A stretch of DNA of 64,000 nt from Octopus sinensis (Eukaryota). Positions 39,112-53,240 of the stretch are shown piece after piece. Under the pieces are notes generated by a model. It searched no databases and had not been told where the DNA came from. It saw only the letters and a program-made list of their open reading frames with translations. The stretch lies in NCBI RefSeq assembly GCF_006345805.1, contig NC_042998.1, positions 35,960,001-36,024,000 of the forward strand. Direction: 5' to 3'. How positions within the stretch are numbered: position 1 is the first letter of the stretch; every line of letters starts with the position of its first letter. Position numbers and translations under genes: made by a program.

Positions 39112-39338
39112 ATTTCTTTACTACCCACAAGGGGCTAAACATAGAGGGGACAAACAAGGACAGACAAAGGGATTAAGTCGATTACATCGACCTCAGTGCG
39201 AAACTGGTACTTTATTTATCGACCCCGAAAGGATGCAAGGCAAAGTCGACCTCGGCGGAATTTGAACTGATAACGTAACGACAGACGAAATACTGCTTGG
39301 CATTTCGCCCGGCGCGCTAACGTTTCTGCCAGCTCACC
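39112..39338 (-). mobile_element. SINE family A monomer
   Basis: TSD gcctgattctaaatat at 39096 and 39339. Confidence 0.9.
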
Positions 39339-39559
39339 GCCTGATTCTAAATATGGATGTATAAAAAGCACCAAATGTGCCTTCTGCCATCCAAAATTGT
39401 GTCTGAACTAATTTTCATTGAGAATTTAACAGCAACGACGACTACCACTATTAAAAACGAACAAAACAAAAAGCAATATAGAATGGAAGCAAATATAAAA
39501 TGTTGACTCATCCCACCTCCTAGAAGTGACCACAGAGGATCATCACCAAATAGAAAAAA

Positions 39560-39950
39560 CGGCCATGGCAGAGATTCGTCTCAAAACAAAATGGACAGGC
39601 TCAAAAATGCTTTCACGTCTGGACCCTAGTGATCGCAGACACCTCGGCAAAATAGCTTGTTTTCTGTATGTACCAGGTCGTTCGATGTCATGGGACAACA
39701 CTGCAGCCAATACTTTCGCTGAAACCTTCATCTCGGCAGCTGCAACGAGAACTGAAGAAAGCTTGCGATAGTCGTGCATGTGTCTGCTATCACACATTGT
39801 CGGTAAATCGACGGAAATATCCATCAACGCCATCAGAACATAGTTGATGGATGAGCGAAGCAGGTTCTGTTTCCTGGATGTGGTAGCCAATTGGTTTGGC
39901 GATCACCTTTGGTGATAGACGATTGCCAACAATCAAAAGAAAATTCTGTG
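39560..39950 (+). mobile_element. Possible CRE-like non-LTR C-terminal (RLE) relic
   Basis: LDPSDRRHLGKIACFLYVPGRSMSWDNTAANTFA resembles LDRGDG.RPDG.T.FP...G..L.WD.T..DTFA. Confidence 0.5.
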
Positions 39951-40115
39951 TAATTACACACACGTACGTAATCATCAACAGCCATTTCTACAGAACAATC
40001 GAAAGGTAAACTCCCGGACAATCGCTCAGATACTTTTGAGTCTCGAACCTGTATACATTCGTTGACTCTACCATAAGGATCTAAAGCTCACCACCATAGG
40101 CAAGATCACCTATGT

Positions 40116-40386
40116 CAATGGTTCCCAAACTTTTTCAGGCTGCCGCCCCCTTGGTTCTAGGGCCATATTCCTAGTGCCTTCCTCACTCACCATCACAGAC
40201 ATAGACCATTTTCTGCAGCAAATTCAAAACAACATTTCACAAATACTTAACCTAAGACTTTATTCTTTTTTCTTTACTTCCATTGCCCTGTTTTGGTCAC
40301 CCCATTATCGTTCCATTTTCTTCAACGCCTCCTGGGTCTTTCCACCGCCCCCAAGGGGGCGGTACCGTCCACTTTGGGAACCACTC
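40116..40386. mobile_element. hAT (Buster/Charlie-like) MITE
   Basis: TIRs caatggttcccaaa and tttgggaaccactc; 8-bp TSD acctatg(t/c) with a central TA. Confidence 0.8.
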
Positions 40387-41288
40387 ACCTATGCGATACC
40401 GAAAAGAGACAGTTGAATCCACGAGTGGCGGCATTACTGTGTACAGCCTGTAAGATATTTGTCTCCGCCATGACTCTCAATGATCCAAATGAACAAGAGA
40501 TTATAAGACTCACTAATGTTCTTCGAGCCGTCTTTAGACCATTCAACACTGACACAAAGCTGTCAAACTATCCCATTATAATTTTAATCAGGAATTCAAT
40601 GACGACGTGACATTATCCGAGAAAAAAATCATTTCAAGGTTTTCATATATCCAAAGTTTATAATGGTTTACCATGACAAATAATACTCTTTATCATTTCG
40701 GAAGTATGTTTTTTCTTCACTTTTTTTTAGCATATTTTCACAGAAGTTTAGCTCCCAACATAGATATTGGCTCAAAATGAACAAATTTATTTTTCTTGTA
40801 GGAAACTAACTCCATTATCAGAACCAGCTTTGTTGCCTAAAAATTTGTCGACTGTTTCGCTTTTTAACCGATCGTAAATGAACAAACAAGAGGAGATAAC
40901 ACTCTCAGTCTTGCCTTCATGGTCCTAGCTGTAGAAGCCACGGTTCTAGCAAATCTGCACATACCTGACCACAAATCGGTACTGGTTCAACCGATTGCTT
41001 ACTGTATCACGGTAAACTATATAAAGAGGTCTAGAGCATTCTTAAATACTCAAGACTAGATTAGAGTAGCAGTGATTATTTGTTAAACCATGGCCATCCT
41101 CGCCTCAAGTAAGACACTAGACAACAACAGTTGGTTCCATCATGAATACAACAGAGTTTCCAGAAGGAAGCACAGTCTCTTCTGCCGACTGAAGATGTGA
41201 AATACTCCAGAGAACAAATAGAAGTTTACAAAAGATTCGTTACACTTCAGTAATTCAGTCCCACAAATCTCAATATTTCGGCCATTTC

Positions 41289-41875
41289 AAGGCGGCGAGC
41301 TGGCAGAATCGTTAGCACGCCGGGCGAAATGCTTAGCGGTATTTTGTCTGTCTTTACGTTCTCAGTTTAAATTCCGCCGTGATCGACTTTGTTTTTCATC
41401 TTTTCGGGATCGATAAATTAAGTACCAGTTACGCACTGGGGTCGATGTAATTGACTTAATCCGTTTGTCTGTCCTTGTTCGTCCTCTCTGTGTTTAGCCC
41501 CTTGTGGGTAGTAAAGAAATAGGTATTTCGTCTGCCGCTACGTTATCAGTTCAAATTCCGCCGAGGCCGACTTTGCCTTTCATCCTTTCGGGGTCTATTA
41601 AATAAGTACCAATTACGCACTGGGGTCGATATAATCGACTTAATCCGTTTGTCTGTCCTTGTTTGTCCTCTCTGTGTTTAGCCCCTTGTGGGTAGTAAAG
41701 AAATAGGTATTTCGTCTGTCTTTACGTTCTGAGTTCAAATTCTGCCGTAGTCGACTTTGCTTTTCATTTTTTCGGGATCGATTAATTAAGTACCAGTTGC
41801 GTACTGGGACCGATCTAATCGACTGGTCCCCTCTCCCACCAAAAAATTTCGGGCTTTGTGCCTAGAGTAGAAAAG
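41289..41875 (+). mobile_element. SINE family A trimer
   Basis: Junctions at 41522 and 41706 (184 bp apart). One 17-bp TSD, aatattt(c/g)ggccatttc, at 41272 and 41876. Confidence 0.92.
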
Positions 41876-42950
41876 AATATTTGGGCCATTTCTTTTCTCA
41901 GTCTTCAATGATGACCTGGTTAGCTCCTGTGGAAATGAGTTTACCTCTGCACTCTTTGCGCATGTACAATCGAGAAGAGGAAGCAACGAAACAGTACAAA
42001 CTTAAACAGAAATCTTCTCAGAACAAAAGCATTGGTAACGTTTGCGTAATCAAAATGTAAATCAATAGTTTTATCGAATAAAAGAGGCCCATCAGGTTTT
42101 CCTTCGTATTTCGGGACTCGCAGGTTGCCTATAAAAAGCAGCTTGAGATTTTTGGCGAAGCCATTGGTAGTAAAACATATCTAGTATATATGCGGGAGCT
42201 ACATACTGGCCTGGCGTTTTACAAGAATATCCAGGTAGCCTGGATAAGGAAAAGAGTTACCATTTACAAAGCCCAAATCTTAAGCATTCTGAAGTATGAC
42301 TGTCAATGCTGGACCAAATATTCCATGAAGAAGTTTACTCAACAAATTTGAAAGAAAGTTTTTAGCATTTATTACAGTTGGAGGAGCTGATGTTGCAAAA
42401 AAATTCACAGCTTAAAATGCAAGAAATAAATTGCACCAGCAACAATGCTCTAAGAATGCTCACAAGTCTCATTCAGTGCCAAACCAGAACAATGCTATCG
42501 TTGTAAGATAGAATACACCGTTTTAGAAGACTCAATACATTCATGTCTGTTCACGGCCTCTCCGAATCTGATGCCAATGGCATTCTGGGTAAATGCTTTC
42601 GGCACTCGACGATTAAATTTCGGAATAAAGTTTCAGCGGATTTATAATAAGCATACTCTCGGCTGACGAGACATACGATTTTAAAGATCGAATCCTGTTA
42701 CCCTCGCCATCGGAGATATAATCAACCAAAGATTTCTCCATTGGAACCTATAACGAACGGCATCATTGTTCATAAATGCATATTTATCCTCTGTCTGTCT
42801 GTCTGCCAGTCTGTCTGTCCGTCCGCCCGTCTGTCTGTACATTTTCGACAATACGCAACAGAGGAAACGGAAAAAATCTCAAGGAAAACGATCTCAAGGA
42901 AAACGATCTATGTCAAAGTTCTTTACAACATTTGTTTTATACCGAGTTAA

Positions 42951-43240
42951 AACTGGTCCTCCGTCGGTTACGACGACGACTGTTCCAGTTGAACAACCTT
43001 ACTCGTGAAATTAACATGCAAGTGGCTGAGTACCCCACAGACACACGTAACCTCAATGTAGTTCTCAGGAAGCTTCAGCATGACACAGAATGTGACAAGG
43101 CTGGTCCCCATTGAATTACAGGTACCACTCACTTTTGCCAGCTGAATAAATTGGAGTAGCGTAAAATAAAGTATCTTGCTCAAGGACACAACGTGATACT
43201 AGTAATCGAACTCTGTAACCCCTAAGCCAGGCACCTTGTA
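42951..43240 (-). mobile_element. SINE family C
   Basis: Body matches 17785-17960; flanked by tataccgagt(t/c)aa. Confidence 0.75.
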
Positions 43241-43339
43241 TATACCGAGTCAACTATTCTGCGAACATTGATTGAGTTAGGGCAAGGGTAAGGCTAGCCT
43301 TAACCCGACGGCGCCAATTGTGATATAAAATAAATAAAA

Positions 43340-43509
43340 GCATAGGAGTGGCTGTGTGGTAAGTAGCTTGTTTACCGACCACATGGTTCAGGGTTCAGTC
43401 CCACTACGTGGCACCTTGGGCAAGTGTCTTCTACGATAGCCTCGGGCCGACCAAAGCCTTGTGAGTGGATTTGGTAGATGGAAACTGAAAGAAGCCCGTC
43501 GTATATATG

Positions 43510-43542
<33 letters not shown>

Positions 43543-43762
43543 GTGTGTATGTGTTTGTGTGTCTGTGTTTGTCCTCCCAACATCGCTTGACAACCGATGC
43601 TGGTGTGTTTACGTCCCCGTAACTTAGCGGCTCGTCAAAAGAGACCGATAGAATAAGTACTGGGCTTACAAGAATAAGTCGATTTGATCGACTAAAGGTG
43701 GTGCTCCAGCATGGCCGCAGTCAAATGACAGAAACAAGTAAAAGAGTAAAAGAGTAAAGAGT
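43340..43762 (+). mobile_element. SINE family B, full length
   Basis: Head ggagtggctgtgtggtaagtagc; tail (aaaagagt)n. Confidence 0.9.
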
Positions 43763-44112
43763 ATAGTATTTAGGTTGTTTTAAATCGGTGCCAGTTACCA
43801 AGCCAACCATTCCTGATCTAGTCACAATATTACAAGTTTTTAGGAAGCACGTAACAGAATTTATAAAAATCTCAGTATTTGGTGAATAATTATATTATAG
43901 GCTTCTTGAAGATGAAAGGCAAATCTCAGTTTGGTGCGATTTGAGCTGAGAATGTAAACGATGCAAGCGAAAGGGCACAACGCATTTAGATGGTCGCTCT
44001 ACTGACTCTCCGCTTCCTGCTCTGTTTGCTGCGAGTGTAAGTCAAAAACAAACACAGTGGAAGACAAAGCAACAACAAACACGAAAAGAATTCGTAAAAG
44101 ACAGACACAATG

Positions 44113-44162
<50 letters not shown>

Positions 44163-44467
44163 AATGTATATATATATATATATATACAAAATGTATATAT
44201 ATTATATATATATATACACAAATGTATATATATATACACAAATGTATATATATATATATATGTATACACACAAACGTGTGTATATATATATATACACACA
44301 CACACACACATACAAACATGTATATATATGTACACAAACGTGGGTGTGTGTATATATATAAACCATTGAAGCAGCTTAACCAGCACCTTTTATCATTGTC
44401 CTTCCATTACTTAAAACAGAATCTGTAGAGGCAAAAGTTTTATTCCAGACATATTGTGGTTCCAGCA

Positions 44468-44880
44468 TACTCTTTTAACTCTTTTACTTGTTTCAGTCAT
44501 TTGACTGCGGCCATGCTGGAGCACCGCCTTTAGTCGAGCAAATCGACCCCGGGACTTATTCTTTGTAAGCCCAGTACTTATTCTATCGGTCGCTTTTGCC
44601 GCTAAGTGACGGGGACGTAAACACACCAGCATCGGTTGTCAAGCAATGCTAGGGGGACAAACACAGACACACAAACATATACACACACACTTATATATAT
44701 ATATATATATACATATATACGACAGGCTTCTTTCAGTTTCCGTGTACCAAATCCACTCACAAGGCATTGGTCGGCTCGGGGCTATAGCAGAAGACACTTG
44801 CCCAAGATGCCACGCAGTGGGACTGAACCCGGAACCATGTGGTTGGTTAGCAAGCTACTTACCACACAGCCACTCCTGCG

Positions 44881-44882
<2 letters not shown>
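44468..44882 (-). mobile_element. SINE family B, full length
   Basis: Reverse complement of the family B consensus. Confidence 0.9.
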
Positions 44883-44940
<58 letters not shown>

Positions 44941-45109
44941 CATGTATATATATGTATATACTTGTTTTTTGCCTAAGATTTTTGTTCCTTTCGTGAATCC
45001 CCGGCAATGAAGCCACTTGAAACGGCCAGTAACATCCTGGTTAACATTGTTTGTTCAGCCACTTGAACATCCCCTGTTCAACAACTACATTGGATGAAAT
45101 TCGACTAAC

Positions 45110-45152
<43 letters not shown>

Positions 45153-45240
45153 ACACGTAGACACATATTTATACATGTAGGCATGTATAAAAAGAAATGC
45201 ATATATACACGCACACATATACATACTATACACTGTCATA

Positions 45241-45271
<31 letters not shown>

Positions 45272-45412
45272 ATATATATATATATATATACATAATATAA
45301 TACATGTATATTATATATATACATGTATACATATATATATATACATATATATATATATAAAATAATATATATACGAGTATATATATATATTATATATATG
45401 ATATAATACATG

Positions 45413-45452
<40 letters not shown>

Positions 45453-45474
45453 CGAGAATACATATATATTTATA

Positions 45475-45524
<50 letters not shown>

Positions 45525-45848
45525 GTGACTGTAACTTCGAGGTTTTGTGTGAGCCAATGTTGGCAAGGCTTTCAAGCTGTTGCCTTTTAAAATATAATTC
45601 ACTTTTTTGTTTTTTTTCATATCAAGTTCCTGTTAGACTAATATTTGTTGTTTTTATGTCATGAAAACCACCTGTACATGTGTGTGTGTGTATGTATATA
45701 TGTATGGGTGCACACACACACACACAGACATACACATGTATATATACACACACATCTACATACACATATATTTTAAACCTTTTTATTTTTATATTATACA
45801 CAAGCATGCATGCATACATATGTATATACACACACATGTATGTATGTA

Positions 45849-45914
<66 letters not shown>

Positions 45915-46019
45915 CCTACCTACCTACTATCTATCTATCTATCTATCTACCTACCTATCTATCTATCTATCTATCTATCTACCTACCTACCTACCTACCT
46001 ATCTGTCTGTCTGTGTATG

Positions 46020-46059
<40 letters not shown>

Positions 46060-47019
46060 TGTATATACCCAACAATTTCAGCAAGCAAAGAATAAATGTA
46101 AGGCGCCAGTTTAGTGGATAGAATGTAGTAGTAGTAGTAGTGGTAGTAGTAGTAGTAGTAGTAGTATAGTAGTAGTAGTAGCAGTAGTAGTAGTAGTAGT
46201 AGTGGTAGTAGTAGTCGTAAAAGGAAGGTAAAAAGAAAAGGATGCGAGCAAGAGAGACAAAGTGAAGAAAATCGGCGAAAGAAGGGAATCAAAGAAGAAG
46301 AAGAAGAAGAAAGAAAAAAAAGAAATAAGAAGAGAACAATGTCTTCTTGTGTAACTGAAGTGTTATTTTCTCGACTGTATATTAAGTTAACCTAACTAAG
46401 CCAGAAAAAGGAGAAAGACCATCGGCGTATGTGTTTGTTATCAGAATTACGTGGACAGATGCAGTGATACCTCTTTTGTGTAATGGAAACGTTGAATACG
46501 CCAGCTAATGAACTTAAAAAGGCGATTTAAAAAAAAAAAATGAAAAAAAAGCCTTTTTTTTGTTGTTATTTCTAGATATTTGTGTTGTTTTATTATTTGT
46601 TTCGTTATTTTTCTCAGGTCTGGTGTGGTGGGTAACGTTGTATCGTTGGTGTGTGAAATATGTTAGCAAATTGTTAAAGCGACGACGGACGAAATAACGC
46701 TGCAACTGCATTGTCTCGCCTTTTCATCATTTGCGCGTGTTCAAATCCTCCTGGAGCCGTCTTCCAGAATCGATAAAATCCGCACAGATAATATTAGTAG
46801 GGCCATTTGCTATGCGTTTAAACCCCAAGCATCATTCACCAGTCTCTCCATCACGTGGTTTTGTAACCGATGACGTAGCTTTATGCGGTCGCTTTGCCAG
46901 CTAGAAATTACTGTAAAATTTCCTTCAAATTACACGCGATGGTGTTAAATAAGAAAGGAAGCATTTGATGATGATGTTGTATATGAAAAGATAGAACGAC
47001 GACTTTTGAATGACTTGTG

Positions 47020-48285
47020 GATCATAGGCGTTACCTGATCGTAAAAGTTACCTGACCTCCATTCTTGGGTTATGTGGGCTTTGTGAGAAGATACCGAGTC
47101 TTGTTGAAACGTTATGGCGTTACATCTTCCATCCAAAATTTAACGACTGTCTCCAAAACCTCGACATATCCAACAGCATTAAAGGCGGCGAGCTGGCAGA
47201 AACGCTAGCACGCCGGGCGAAATACTTAGCGGTATTTCGTCTGCCGATACGTTCTGAGTTCAAATTCTGTCGAAGTCGATTTTGCCTTTCATCCTTTCGG
47301 GGTCGATAAATTAAGTACCACTTATGCACTAGGGTCGATATAATCGACTTAATCCGTTTGTCTGTCCTTGTTTGTCCTCTCTGTGTTTAGCCCCTTGTGG
47401 GTAGTAAAGAAATAGGTATTTCGTCTGCCGCTATGTTCTGAGTTCAAAGTCCACCGAGGTCGACTTTGCCTTTCATCCTTTCGGGATCGATAAATTAAGT
47501 ACCAGTTACACACTGGGGTCGATGCAATCGACTTAATCCCTTTGTCTGTCCTTGTTTGTCCCCTCTATGTTTAGCCCCTTGTGGGCAATAAAGAAATAAT
47601 ATCCAACAGCATTAATTCTAAGGCCCTGTGGAAAGATGTGAGGTGGAATGACATGGCCTTCGTTCCGCACCACTTCTAAAACCATCGCAGTTAATAGACA
47701 CTTAGTGTGCATCACTCTGTGGACACCGGAAAGTTCTGCATGTAACCATCTTTCATTTCTTCTGTTAGACTTCTGCCCTTGGTAGAAATCTTTCTTATCC
47801 GAGAAGAATCAAAGCATGCTGTGTCCGTGAGAGTTTGTAACATTAAGTAATCATTTTTCCTGTGTCTTTGCAGACATTAATTGAATTCTCCTTTGTACAT
47901 ACGTCATATATCGAATGTTACCGTGCACTACTGTTCTGATAGGCCATTCCGACACCTGAAGTTCGTTGGCGATGATTTTCCAAGATAATTATCACTAATG
48001 CTTCGAACCCGTTGGATGAATTGTGGTGTCCTTATAATGTCAGAACATTTAGAATCTCTTTTCTCTTTGATGCTGCTGAAACATTCCTGCCAGAGGCTTC
48101 CATTTCCTTCCTAACTTAGTGTATAAAAGCTCTTACAAAATTTAGTAAGTTGGTAATTTCTAAATCGTTGTGTTCCGCTCCTAAGGCAATCTTTTGATTT
48201 CTTGTATTGGCAATGGGGGATCTGAAATAACTGGTTTGAAAAGAGTAATATATATACTGATAATTGTTCTCAAAAACCCCTCGTA
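47020..48285 (-). mobile_element. Tc1/mariner (maT-like) transposase relic interrupted by SINE A
   Basis: AMVLEVVRNEGHVIPPHIFPQGLRINAVGY...FQQDSVSSHKAHITQEW. Probable TIR start TA|CGAGGGG at 48285. Confidence 0.85.
47183..47598 (+). mobile_element. SINE family A dimer
   Basis: Perfect 17-bp TSD atatccaacagcattaa at 47166 and 47599. Confidence 0.92.
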
Positions 48286-48924
48286 AACTTGATACATACA
48301 TACAAGCACGCACAAACATACCTGGTGACTGAGTAAGATCACTTTCTAATCCCAGTAAGTCCGTGCAGACGTTCCGAGTGTCCAAGAAGTTCTGGAGCGT
48401 GAATTTGTTTTGAACGGGTAGAGTGTTGCACAGCACTGAACGCGCTTTCGAACGCAATCAGCTTTAAAACCAGAGGCTGGCACAACCAGAAACCAACGGC
48501 ACTTCAGGGTTTAAAAAGAAAAATTATAAGAATTTATCTCGTAGAAGAAGTTCCAACACGAACTGGGGATCCGCCCAGTGGTTCACACGCTTGTTAATTA
48601 ATCAGAATCTGGGACCCTGATAGGTGCTTCTATTCAGGATCAAAGCAGATATGGGAACAATAGTGGCTAAGGGATGGTTCCAAACGTCTAACAATCGTGG
48701 AATTTCTGTACCAGGGCCCTACTATCAGATGCAGTTTAAAGTTACAACTGGGACACACACACACACTCTCTCTCTCTGCAAAATACACATGTACATACAT
48801 ATACACACATACATATATTCAATAAATGTCAATGAAGTAGTCTTGTCCTGACCCAGTTGAGTACAAACGCTGATGGATTCCCCAGGAATGCGACAGAACT
48901 AGTCCTGTGAGAATCTTATTTCAC

Positions 48925-49001
<77 letters not shown>

Positions 49002-49250
49002 CATATCTATCTATCTATCTATCTTCAGCAGTATCAGCGCAAGCAGTGTTTAGGCATAAACGAGCTAAGAGCAGCACTGGGCGTATATAGTGTTTTTACA
49101 CCTTTTGCCATAACAGAGAATGTTTTTCTCCTCGGAAACTGCTATGAATTTGCCTCTACAAGTTTAAATATGTCACAAGCATACTCTAACCTAAAGTTAG
49201 CGCTCGCTCTCTCTCTCACACGCACACACACATGCACACACACATACACA

Positions 49251-49296
<46 letters not shown>

Positions 49297-50387
49297 CACC
49301 TTTTCTTTTATGCATGTTTCATTAAATACACAACAATTTTAAAGCTTTATCTTTTGTATCTTAAATCTTTCATCTTTTCTCCCAAGCTGTTTTACAATTG
49401 GATTCCGACGATAGAGTTCGTAAACCCATATCGGATATTTCCACACCTTCACAGTTTCCCTTTCAAGGAGCGAATATATTTGGCGTCTATGTGGCTTCTC
49501 AAATATTGGTTGAACTGATGTAGACGTTTCTGCAACGAACAAATCAATACATGGTTGTTGATGCAAGATGCTGTGAAAAATCCTTTGTCGGGAACGCCTA
49601 CATAAGTTCAGTGAGCGTAGAAGAAATAACACAGACATTAAATATATTCAATTCTTGAGAATGAGAGTGTGAAGGTGTGGAAACGTCGGATACGGATTTA
49701 AGAACTCTACTCTTCAAAACCAAATATAAAAAAAAAAACTGTTTAGAAAATATGAAAAATATACAATATAAAAAAAACAACAAAATTTTGAACAGGGTCA
49801 CGGATTTCATGAATAATTTGAGAATTTCTTAATGTAAATGGAATACATAAATTCCTCAATGCTGCGCAGTTTCTTAGTAAATATCAATATCGTCTCTTTC
49901 TTGTTGGTTTTCAAAACTAGTATGGTATACAAGATCAAGATGGCGGTGAAAATGGAGAGTATATTGGACTCGATACTCAGGAGTCAAGTTAAAAATCTGC
50001 TGCTTACATTTAGTTGTATTTAAGTCGCTGTCACGATTGCTCAGCATTTCATTTATATGTTTCTATCCGTAAAAGGGTTCTTGTACTCACTCGAACCCTT
50101 AAAGACGTAGAAGCATACTCGAAGACATGATTTTCAGGCACCGTATTTAACATAAGAGCTGAACCGAAATTTTAAGCAAGGCAATGTAAATCTCTCTCAC
50201 CATGGTACCTATTTACAGTACTCAAAACTGACCCCCACCAAGTGACAGAGAGAGATGCTGGTCGGCCGAATACAAACCGCCGTCTTTTTTTACTGATAGT
50301 CACACTATCATATTGATTTAAATATCTTTGTCTCCCAAATGGAAATGTTTTGATAACGCTTGCTGGGTTGCTCAGTCTGTACAGATG

Positions 50388-50660
50388 ACTTTGTCTTCTC
50401 CACATAGCCACTTCGTCTCCATATAGCGACCTCGTCTCCACAAAGCGGCTTCGTCTCCACAAAGCGGCTTCGTCTCCACAAAGCGGCTTCGTCTCCACAA
50501 AGCGATTACGTTCCCACATAGCGACTACGTTTTCACATAGCGACTACGTTTCCACATAGCGATTTCGTCTCCACATCACCACTTCGTCTCCACATAGTCA
50601 CTTCATCTTCATATAGTGACCTGGTCTTCACATAGTGAACATTGGTCTTCTCATAGTGAG
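50388..50660 (+). repeat. 19-bp minisatellite (cttcgtctccacatagcga), about 14 units
   Basis: Directly visible tandem units with graded variants. Confidence 0.9.
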
Positions 50661-51739
50661 TTGAGGTACAAGTCAAATTAGAAGTGATTATACCTTAGTA
50701 CACCTGTAATTAGGAGCGAACACTGTAGATGGTTGTAGTTACTATTTTCGTCGCTGTTATTTCTATTATTGTTTCTCCTAAGCCAATCCAGTCGTGACAA
50801 TCTAAGTTTTTTCTACACAGCATTAAACAAACGATCCTTCATTTATAACACAACAGGGTGGCAACTTGGGTGAAACTTGTCTGCCATATCTAACAAACCG
50901 AGTGGCCATATAACGCCTCTCTCATTTGCTTGCAACATGCAACTAAAAATAAAAAATGCATCTCGGCCAAGGCTCACCAGGAGCTTACTGTCACTCCACA
51001 GTGATTGCAATCACTAAATATAGATAACCATAATTCAAGCCGATTATTCCTTGCAGTGTGGTTGCACGTCTTTACAGTTATACAGTATAAGCTGCATGCT
51101 TCTAATGCGATGGTTTTAATTTCTTTATCTTCAACGAGTTCTTATTTCATTCTACTGATTTTATTTAGGCGTCCATCTTTCGCTGATAAGTGGTTATCTG
51201 AAGTTAGAAGCCGAAGGTAACACGGTAGCTTTATGAAATTTTAATACGCTAATACGTATGGCAGGCTATGAACGTATATGCATGTGTGTATAGGCATAAT
51301 TATATATATATATATATAAAATTGAGAGAGAGAGAAAGAAACTGATCGTATGAAATTAAAAATAAATATATACATATCTTAAACCAAGGTTTATATATGT
51401 GTGTATATGCATGTGTTTGTGTGCATCCACAGATGTATATATGTGAATATATATATATATATATATATGTATACATTACACAAGTATACATAAATATGCG
51501 CGCGTGTGTGTATATATAAACAGACAGACAGACAGACACACACACATATATATATACATATATATACATACAAATATGTATATATATATATATGTTTATA
51601 TATAAACGCACACAAATGTATATGAACGTATATAACCATACAAAATATTACTGTATCAACAAAACCGAGTATTGCACTTGTCTATACACTCACAGAAATT
51701 CAGGCTCAGATATATACACGTGTGCATGTATGCATTTAT

Positions 51740-51793
<54 letters not shown>

Positions 51794-52404
51794 GTATACT
51801 TACAGTAATTATGCGGAAGAAGCATTAGTTTAGAGGCTGTAAATTATAAAATTTCTTGACAGGAAATTAATGAAGCTGGTTTGATTATATCTTTATCAAC
51901 GTTTGTTACCAGAAGATATCTAGATCTTCTAACCATCTGAATACAATGTCCATGTGTATCGTGTTGTTGTTGATGTTGTTGCAACTAACTTCCACTAGAC
52001 AATGTGTTGAAGTGGCTAAATATACCGTTATAATATAGAGGAAATGGAGGAGAGGAAGGAGAGAGGGTGCGTGTGTATGTGTGTGTGGGAGAATGTTGTG
52101 AAAGTAAAGAAGAAGCAAAAGCATAAAAAAAAAGAATCAATAGAAGAAAAAGGAGAAGGAGAAGCAAAAGAAAAAAAGAGGAAAGTAATGGGCAAAAGGA
52201 GAAGGAAAAGGAGTGGAACAAGGATAAAAAGATGATGAAGAAGCAATATAGTAGAAAAATAAGGAGTAAAAGAAGATGAATAGAAAGAGAAGAAGGAGAA
52301 GAAGTAGCGAAAGAAATAAAGGAAGCAGAAGGGAAAGCAAGAGAAAAGGCATCAAAGGAAGCGGAAAATAACTTCTAGAAAGCATGAAGAGGAGAAGAAA
52401 TGTT

Positions 52405-52790
52405 GTTTTAGCTGTTGTTATTGTTGTTATTATCATCATCATCACTGTCATCATTATCATTATCACCATTATCATCCCCACCACCACTACCATCATCATC
52501 ATCATCATCATCATCATCCCCATCGTTATCATCATCACCACCACCATCATCATCACTACTACCATCATCATCATCACCGTTATCATCCCCACCACCACTA
52601 CCATCATCATCATCACCCCCATCATCATCATTACCACCACTACCATCATCATCATCACACTCATCATCATCATTACCACCATCATCATCATCATCATCAT
52701 CACTACCATCATCACCACCATCATCTTTCATCATCATCATCATCATCTCCACCACTACCATTTTCATCATCATCATTATTATTAGTTGTA
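52405..52790. repeat. Degenerate (CAT/CAC)n trinucleotide tract
   Basis: Directly visible. Confidence 0.9.
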
Positions 52791-53189
52791 ATAGTAGCTG
52801 TATTATGATTAGTGCAAATAGGAAAAAAGGCAGTTTTAGTAGAATTAATGTAAAAGAGGAAAATGGGTGGTGGAGAAGAGACGAGGAGGTTGGGAGAAAG
52901 ATGCTGAGAATGGTGACAGTCGGTGATGGTAAATAATAATAATAGTAGTAGTAATAATAATAATAATAATAATAATCGTTTCTGTTATAAGCACAAGGTC
53001 TGGGATTTGGGAGTAGAGGCTTAGCCGATTACATCGATTCCAAGTGCGTAACTGGTACTTATTTCATTAACCCCCGAATGAATGAAAGGCAAAGCCGACC
53101 TTGGCCGAGTTTGAACCCAGAACGTAGACACGGACGAAATGCCGCTAAGCATTTTCCCGGCATACTTACGATTCTGCCAGCTCACCGTT

Positions 53190-53239
<50 letters not shown>

Positions 53240-53240
<1 letters not shown>

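Noticed and set aside
40400-42700. Scattered LINE-like peptide traces (MTLNDPN; TIYKAQILSILKY)
   Set aside because: Too decayed to delimit or classify.
43986-46292. Many IYIY, HTHT, LSIY and CVCV ORFs (also at 2452, 13273, 14514, 51300, 55345 and 61991)
   Set aside because: These are translations of di-, tri- and tetranucleotide microsatellites.
48321-48457. Possible minus-strand exon ending CCAG|GTATGT
   Set aside because: The donor is good, but there is no recognisable protein similarity, convincing acceptor or partner exon.
49440-49992. Exon-like stretches: minus VPDKGFFTASCINNH...KGKL* after ttatgtag, and plus YGIQDQDGGENGEYIGLDTQESS* after aaaactag
   Set aside because: They are short, on opposite strands and have no recognisable homology; RNA-seq would be needed.
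51945-52037. Signal-peptide-like mini-ORF MSMCIVLLLMLLQLTSTRQC
   Set aside because: It is only 30 codons, the hydrophobic run comes from a TTG repeat, and there is no clear splice donor.
52137-52936. Long ORFs rich in Asp/Gly, Ser/Pro, Met/Val or Ile/Thr (acidic matrix protein-like)
   Set aside because: All are readings of one degenerate (CAT)n tract that is open in most frames, with no supporting gene structure.
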